A program made the position numbers and the translations under genes. DNA of 64,000 nt, from NCBI GenBank assembly GCA_050287785.1, contig JBNKCO010000010.1:39340-103339 (forward strand). Direction: 5' to 3'. The DNA comes from Bacteroidales bacterium (lineage in GTDB: Bacteria; Bacteroidota; Bacteroidia; Bacteroidales; UBA10428). The notes under the pieces were generated by a model. It was not told the DNA's origin and did no database searches. It saw nothing but the letters and a program-made list of their open reading frames with translations. Shown piece after piece: positions 58,701-64,000 of this stretch (within the stretch, counting starts at the first letter, position 1; each line of letters opens with the position of its first letter).

Positions 58701-59894
58701 ATGAAGAAATTTTTATCTCTATTTTTAGTATCCTATTGTTTGATTGTATTGCTGCCGGCGCAAGAAACAGAACATAATTTAGAAAACAAGCCGGCACAGG
58801 TTAGTCTCTTTTATCCAATAGGAACAAGCTCAGTATACTCTCAAAATTATTACTACAATTTCTCCCTTAACATTTTGGCCGGACGAACAGGTGGAACTGA
58901 TGGTTTCGAAGTTGCGGGTTGGGTAAATATAAACGATAAATTTATGAAAGGTTTCCAAGGAGCAGGAATTGGAAATGTCTGTTTTGGAACCGGAGAAAAT
59001 TTTCAAGGGGCAGGAATTTTTAATTTCGTTCTAAAAGACTTTAGTGGCTTTCAGGGCGCAGGTATTGTAAATACAATAGGCGGTAAAATGGAAGGCGCTC
59101 AGATGGCCGGTATCGGCAACTTCTCACAAGGACTTCAAGGCGGACAATTCGCAGGAATTTACAATGTAAGCCTTGGAAAAGTAAAAGGTGCCCAATTTGC
59201 TGGAATTGTAAATTTGGCAAGTGGAGAATCCGAAAACTATCAATTTGCTGGAATTGCTAACGCAAGCAACAAAATTACAGGGATTCAAGCTGCAGGTATT
59301 ATAAATATAGCCGACAAAGTAAACGGAGCACAAATTGCCGGTATTGCTAATATTGCCGACAATGTTAAAGGAACTCAAATTGCCGGTATTCTAAATATTT
59401 GCGACTCTATTGATGGTGTCCCCATAGCTTTGGTTAGCTATGTACGCAAGAATGGTTACAAAAAGATAGAAGCTTCAACCAGCGAAGTAAACCAGGTAAA
59501 CGCTACAGTTAAAACAGGAGTACGTAGGTTTTACACGCTTTTTACTGTTGGCTATAGTCCATCAAATACTAACTTTAATACGTCGTTCGGGGCAGGTATC
59601 GGGACAAGTGTTTTGCTGAAAAATAAATATGTTGCTATTGATTTTGAACTTAGGACAAGTCAGTTTTCAAAAGATTTCAAAATAGATAACACTCTTTTAA
59701 ACAACTCATTAATAATTGACTATTCTTTGATTCTATTTAAAAGAATAGAAGTTTTTGCCGGACCAACATTTAACATACTCTATACAGAAAAGCCATTAGA
59801 TGCAACATACATTGCGCCATCATGGGCCAGAGCATATAAATACAACAATAAAATATGGGGGTGGGTAGGTTTTCATGCAGGCCTTAGACTATAA
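58701..59894 (+). CDS. Secreted protein with about 10 tandem 15-16-residue Q-x-A-G-I-x-N repeats and a beta-rich C-terminal domain
   Basis: Signal peptide (MKKFLSLFLVSYCLIVLLPAQE). The repeats were read directly from the translation. The C-terminal roughly 150 aa has an alternating hydrophobic pattern. The ORF-track start at 58650 is trimmed to the ATG at 58701. Confidence 0.6.
   Translation: MKKFLSLFLVSYCLIVLLPAQETEHNLENKPAQVSLFYPIGTSSVYSQNYYYNFSLNILAGRTGGTDGFEVAGWVNINDKFMKGFQGAGIGNVCFGTGENFQGAGIFNFVLKDFSGFQGAGIVNTIGGKMEGAQMAGIGNFSQGLQGGQFAGIYNVSLGKVKGAQFAGIVNLASGESENYQFAGIANASNKITGIQAAGIINIADKVNGAQIAGIANIADNVKGTQIAGILNICDSIDGVPIALVSYVRKNGYKKIEASTSEVNQVNATVKTGVRRFYTLFTVGYSPSNTNFNTSFGAGIGTSVLLKNKYVAIDFELRTSQFSKDFKIDNTLLNNSLIIDYSLILFKRIEVFAGPTFNILYTEKPLDATYIAPSWARAYKYNNKIWGWVGFHAGLRL
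58950..59399 (+). repeat. In-frame coding tandem repeat (period 45-48 nt, about 10 units)
   Basis: The Gln of the motif falls at ORF-track residues 103, 119, 135, 151, 166, 182, 198, 213, 228 and 243. There are two degenerate units upstream (ILAGRTGG, EVAGWVN). Confidence 0.75.
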
Positions 59895-60418
59895 CTTATA
59901 ACTGGTTCCATCAACTGATAGGAAGGGCTCAAAACCATTCAGTTTTCACAAATAATGGCTGCTTTTGATTTTCATTGGCAGCCTCCTCCTTTTATTGAAA
60001 CAGTATCATTGTTGATACTACAGAACCACATACATTTTTTAACATTTTCTATTCCTCCAAAAAATAATCATACTCTTAGCAGTTACTTGCAACTTTTCTC
60101 AAGGTAATTTGAATAATAAATCTTGCTCATATACAACATAAATCACCCGAATTTAATTCCACTTATCACTATTTTAATAATCTACAATCTATTAGCTTAC
60201 AAAACCTATAAAAACTTTGCAAAACTTAATTTGAAAGATTATTAGTCAATCAGTTAGCCCTTACAAGAAAACTTAAACCCATAACAAATCTGAAAGTGAA
60301 CATTAAATTTCCCAGACTTACCTTAAGTAAAAATTCGCAATATATTTCTTAACACCATTCATCTTTTTGTTTTTTATTGATTAATTTTAAGTATGAACTG
60401 TTACTTAATTCAAATCAG

Positions 60419-61483
60419 ATGAAGAAGATAGAGTTTGTTTTTTCGCTCCTATTGCTTGGCGCAGCATGTAATTTATACTCGAACAGCGAAGTTTTTATTG
60501 ATAGAATAATTCACGAAAACCGATACTTGCAAGATATCGACACAGCAACACTACTTACAGATCTTACCCAAAAAGTTTCTGAACTTCAGGAACAAGTCGA
60601 AATATTCCAAAAAGAAAGAACAGAATACACTGCCCAATTGCAGTCGCTTGAAGAAAAAAATCTTGAGTTACAATCTCAGATTGAACAACTAAATGTTCTA
60701 GTTTCTAAACAGGAAACTACAAATAAAAATTTAACCAATAGTTTAAAAGAAACTGAAATTCAACTTATCTCAGTTACAAAAGAGTTGCAATCCAAGGAAC
60801 TTGTAATAAGAGAACTCAATGATGAAAAAGAAATTCTATCTCAAAATGAGCTTACCCTGAAAAATACGATTCAAGAATTAGAAACTACTGTTATTAAAAC
60901 CTCGGATGAAAAAGAAGAGTCGTTTAAGGAACTACAAAAAAAGGATGAGAAAAACTTCCTGCTAAGTCAACAGAATGAAAATCTTGAGCAAGACCTATTA
61001 TCAATGCAAGAAGAGAGGCAAAATATGCAAAATGAAATTTCGAAACTAGAGCTAAAATATACAACAAACACACAGGAAATTCAGAGAATAAAGGAAAATA
61101 ATGAAAACCTAACTGAAAATAATTTACAGTTAAACGTAACAATATCAGAAAATCAAAAAGACTTTAATCTTCTTAACGCTGAATATGAAAACCTGAATAA
61201 AAGTTTTAAAGAAACTCAGGCAGAGCTTTCAACTCTACAATCAGATTACAAACAATCAAATAATGAAACAGAACTTCTAAAGTCTCAGATAATTGAAAAG
61301 GATAATCTGATAAATTCGCTCTCAAATACCGTGACTGAGTTAAAAAGTCAAATTAAAGAATTGGAAACTTCCGGTAAAGAATTAATTACTGAAATAGAAA
61401 TCTTGAAAAGTGAGATTATTGAACTAAATAAAAGAGTTTCTGAAAATAAAAATACAGCAGTTCTAAATAAAAATGAAGATTAA
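60419..61483 (+). CDS. Coiled-coil protein with signal peptide / probable lipoprotein
   Basis: MKKIEFVFSLLLLGAAC signal, then about 320 aa of uninterrupted E/K/Q/L/N-rich heptad-like sequence (ELQSQIEQL, TELKSQIKELE, ILKSEIIELNK). The ORF-track TTG at 60377 is trimmed to the ATG at 60419. Confidence 0.6.
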   Translation: MKKIEFVFSLLLLGAACNLYSNSEVFIDRIIHENRYLQDIDTATLLTDLTQKVSELQEQVEIFQKERTEYTAQLQSLEEKNLELQSQIEQLNVLVSKQETTNKNLTNSLKETEIQLISVTKELQSKELVIRELNDEKEILSQNELTLKNTIQELETTVIKTSDEKEESFKELQKKDEKNFLLSQQNENLEQDLLSMQEERQNMQNEISKLELKYTTNTQEIQRIKENNENLTENNLQLNVTISENQKDFNLLNAEYENLNKSFKETQAELSTLQSDYKQSNNETELLKSQIIEKDNLINSLSNTVTELKSQIKELETSGKELITEIEILKSEIIELNKRVSENKNTAVLNKNED

Positions 61484-61664
61484 TATTAGTCCCAGTGCAT
61501 TAAAACATTAATTTTAATAACAGCTTAAATATATTAAAATAAAGACTTTATACTCCATCCCACATCAGTATAACTAATCTGTCTTTGTTAACTTTTTGTT
61601 AAATTTTGCGTATATTAGTTATTAAACGCTTGAATATCTATTAAGCTTTGTAAAGGCCTGACTT

Positions 61665-63266
61665 ATGAGAAAACTTAAATTTTTGCTAATCTTTTCATTC
61701 TTTTTCATTGCCATCACAAGTAAATCAAATAATCTCTCTATTTCCAATGTTACTTATGATAATGTTACTTATCAGGTGAGCTTTGATTTATCCTGGGATA
61801 ATTCCTGGCGGCGCGATGCCTCCATCCCCTTTAATTATGATGGCATATGGGTTTTTGTTAAGGTTAGAGAATGTACCCAAAAAGTTCTGGGAAATCCTAC
61901 CGGTTATTACCATGCCTGGTTAAACACGAATGCTGTAAACCATACTGCATCTAATTCAGCACCTGGAGGAGAACCACTAACTATTGAAGTTGGAACAACT
62001 GATATTGCTGCTACACCCAGAGGAATGGGGATTTTTATATACCGTACTGCAGATGGTGGCACAAGCTCCATATCTACCACAGTTACGTTACAATGGGACA
62101 AAGCTGCACAGGCTGGTGCCATGGCAGAAATTGGTTTAGCAGATGACTATGATGTAAAAGTTTTTGGTACAGAAATGGTTTATATTCCGCAAGCCTCCTA
62201 CTATTTAGGAGATGGTGGTAGCAATAATTGTTTCCATGATCTTGCTGGTGGTACAGGAACTCCTTACCAGGTTACCAGTGAAAACTCTTTCTCTGCTTCA
62301 GGAACCTATAATAGAGAAATTAACTCTGTAGCTGGAAATATAAATGCAAATTTTCCAAAAGGATACGACTCTTTCTGGATAATGAAATATGAAATCTCAC
62401 AAGCTCAATATGCTGAATTCCTAAATACTCTAACCTACCAACAGGTTGAAAACCGAACCCAAGATGAAATTTTCTCATTAAATGGTAAAAGATATGTTAT
62501 GTCTGACAGAGCTGACGTATATTATCGTCAGTCCATTTGCTTCATTCCTTCAGGAGATATCCGTACAGATAAGTTTGGTGTTGATTTTAATGACAACGAC
62601 ATCATAGATGAGGCAGATGATGGTGGAGGAATTGCCTGCAATTATTTAAACCTCCGCGATGTTATGGCATATTTGGACTGGGCGGCTCTAAGACCTTTGA
62701 CTGAATTAGAATATGAAAAAACCTGCAGGGGAACTCTAACACCTATTTTAAATGAAAATGTCTGGGGAAATGGAGCTGAAACAGCTGTAACTGCAATTAT
62801 TAACTCAGGACAACCAACCGAAGCTGCTTCAAATTTTGGAGATGGTTTATGTAATTATAATGGAACGACTGGAAATGTACCTATGCGCTGCGGATATGCT
62901 GCAACAAATAGTACTAATCGTTCTCGTGCAGGTGCTGCTTACTATGGTGTAATGGACTTGGCAGGAAATGTTCATGAACCATATGTTAGCTTCTATGCTG
63001 ATCCAACTTACAGCGATGAATTTGATGGTTCTACCGGGGATGGAGAAATCGACATCAATGGATATCATGATGTTACTGGTTGGCCCTTACATACCGCTGA
63101 CGCAGATGTATCTCGATTTATCTGTAAAGGAGGAAACAGTAACAGAAACGAAGCCTATCTCAGAATATCAGATCGAAGACTTGATAATGGCACAAATTAT
63201 AGATACGATTCACCAGCCTATATAACTAGTAGATATGTATGGGGTGGAGGTAGAGGTGGTAGATAA
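61665..63266 (+). CDS. Secreted protein: unrecognised N-terminal beta-type module + FGE/SUMF1-type (sulfatase-modifying-factor fold) domain
   Basis: Signal peptide. FGE-fold landmarks are MVYIPQASYYLGDG, WIMKYEISQAQYAEFLN, AYLDWAALRPLTELEYEKTCRG, MDLAGNVHEP and ICKGGNS. There is no Cys after KGGNS, where FGE carries its catalytic Cys pair. Confidence 0.7.
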   Translation: MRKLKFLLIFSFFFIAITSKSNNLSISNVTYDNVTYQVSFDLSWDNSWRRDASIPFNYDGIWVFVKVRECTQKVLGNPTGYYHAWLNTNAVNHTASNSAPGGEPLTIEVGTTDIAATPRGMGIFIYRTADGGTSSISTTVTLQWDKAAQAGAMAEIGLADDYDVKVFGTEMVYIPQASYYLGDGGSNNCFHDLAGGTGTPYQVTSENSFSASGTYNREINSVAGNINANFPKGYDSFWIMKYEISQAQYAEFLNTLTYQQVENRTQDEIFSLNGKRYVMSDRADVYYRQSICFIPSGDIRTDKFGVDFNDNDIIDEADDGGGIACNYLNLRDVMAYLDWAALRPLTELEYEKTCRGTLTPILNENVWGNGAETAVTAIINSGQPTEAASNFGDGLCNYNGTTGNVPMRCGYAATNSTNRSRAGAAYYGVMDLAGNVHEPYVSFYADPTYSDEFDGSTGDGEIDINGYHDVTGWPLHTADADVSRFICKGGNSNRNEAYLRISDRRLDNGTNYRYDSPAYITSRYVWGGGRGGR

Positions 63267-63295
63267 ATTCAAATTATGAATAAAACTTTTCTATT

Positions 63296-64000
63296 ATGAG
63301 ATTTTTATATATAACTGTGACTTTGTGCTTTTTTATTGTTTTAAGTACAATAGAAGTAAAAGCAACAAACGTCCAGATAAGCAACGTAAATCAGGTTAAT
63401 ATTGATGCCAACAATCACCGGATAGAATTTGACCTGACCTGGGAAGATAGTTGGCGGCAAGATAATAATGAACCCAACAATTACGATGGCGTTTGGATCT
63501 TTATTAAATACCGCGATTGTTTGGATAAAGCTTCAGGTAATCCAGGAAGCTATAAGCATTGTTGGCTGAGTACAACAACTACCGATCACACGATGGCTTC
63601 TGCTACAGTTGGCGGTGCGCCCATGGCCTTACAAGTCGAAATGGGCGTTACAAACATCAGCGGCACAGACAGGGGTATGGGTGTATTTATTTATCAACCT
63701 GCCGGAGATCGCATTGGTGATGTTTCTGCAACTACAGTTTCTTTACTATGGAGAACTGACTTACACTCCCCAGCAGAAAATGGTTTAACAAACAATTATG
63801 ATATACAGGTAAATGCCATTGAAATGGTTTACGTGCCAACAAGTAGCTATTATTTAGGGGATGGAACAAGCACATATCGATTTTATGATTTCACCAATAG
63901 CAATGCCCCCTTACAAATTACTAGCAATTCAATGGATATTTTGGCAGAAAGTAATGAGTATTATGCAAGGTTAACTCCCGGAAGTGGCACACCCAATATA
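63296..64000 (+). CDS. Paralogue of the preceding gene, N-terminal 235 codons; continues beyond the window
   Basis: I translated it manually: ATG at 63296, open through nt 64000 (exactly 235 codons). It has a signal peptide and shares these motifs with 61665..63266: ISNV, FDL(S/T)W(D/E)(N/D)SWR, NYDG(I/V)W(V/I)F(V/I)K, GNP..Y.H.WL, RGMG(I/V)FIY, EMVY(I/V)P..SYYLGDG. It is absent from the ORF track because no stop lies in the window. Confidence 0.65.
   Translation, partial: MRFLYITVTLCFFIVLSTIEVKATNVQISNVNQVNIDANNHRIEFDLTWEDSWRQDNNEPNNYDGVWIFIKYRDCLDKASGNPGSYKHCWLSTTTTDHTMASATVGGAPMALQVEMGVTNISGTDRGMGVFIYQPAGDRIGDVSATTVSLLWRTDLHSPAENGLTNNYDIQVNAIEMVYVPTSSYYLGDGTSTYRFYDFTNSNAPLQITSNSMDILAESNEYYARLTPGSGTPNI

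Noticed and set aside
58950-59399. Regular 45-48-nt DNA periodicity that could be mistaken for a CRISPR or other non-coding array.
   Set aside because: The periodicity is in-frame coding repeat within an intact 1.2-kb ORF. There are no unique spacers and no cas genes.

Overview
This is an AT-rich chromosomal segment that looks like core Bacteroidota genome. The taxon call rests on several TAnnTTTG -7 promoter boxes, the panC / short glycogen-synthase-like / DUF4270-like / glmS synteny, the sigma-54 activator-lptE-secG-groESL synteny, and the lack of Shine-Dalgarno signals. I call 57 protein-coding genes, two of them truncated by the window edges. One of these, at 63296..64000, is missing from the ORF track because it has no stop inside the window.

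Most genes are housekeeping: radA, panDC, glmS, rnr, a three-gene acyl-CoA carboxylase, hemW, cysS, metK, ribE, a purine nucleoside phosphorylase, rpoN, asnS, sodB, kdsB, secG, groESL and serB. I found no tRNA, rRNA, CRISPR array, transposase, integrase or phage gene.

The less ordinary content is:
- A UDP-2,3-diacetamido-uronic-acid (Wbp-type) sugar pathway split into two loci about 16 kb apart.
- A domain-less sigma-54 activator, with rpoN about 7.5 kb away.
- Two unusually long non-coding gaps (37227-37982 and 59895-60418), plus a 372-bp gap carrying a direct repeat / palindrome / direct repeat arrangement and an apparently orphan terminator.
- A three-gene cluster of uncharacterised secreted and outer-membrane-type proteins.
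- A TetR-controlled ABC exporter transcribed divergently from a protein with a 15-16-residue Q-x-A-G-I-x-N repeat.
- At the 3' end, a coiled-coil lipoprotein followed by tandem paralogues. These fuse an unrecognised N-terminal module to an FGE/SUMF1-type fold that appears to lack the catalytic cysteine pair.

I found no clearly novel system. The 3'-terminal locus is the best candidate, and it continues beyond the window. All family assignments come from reading motifs by eye, with no database search.
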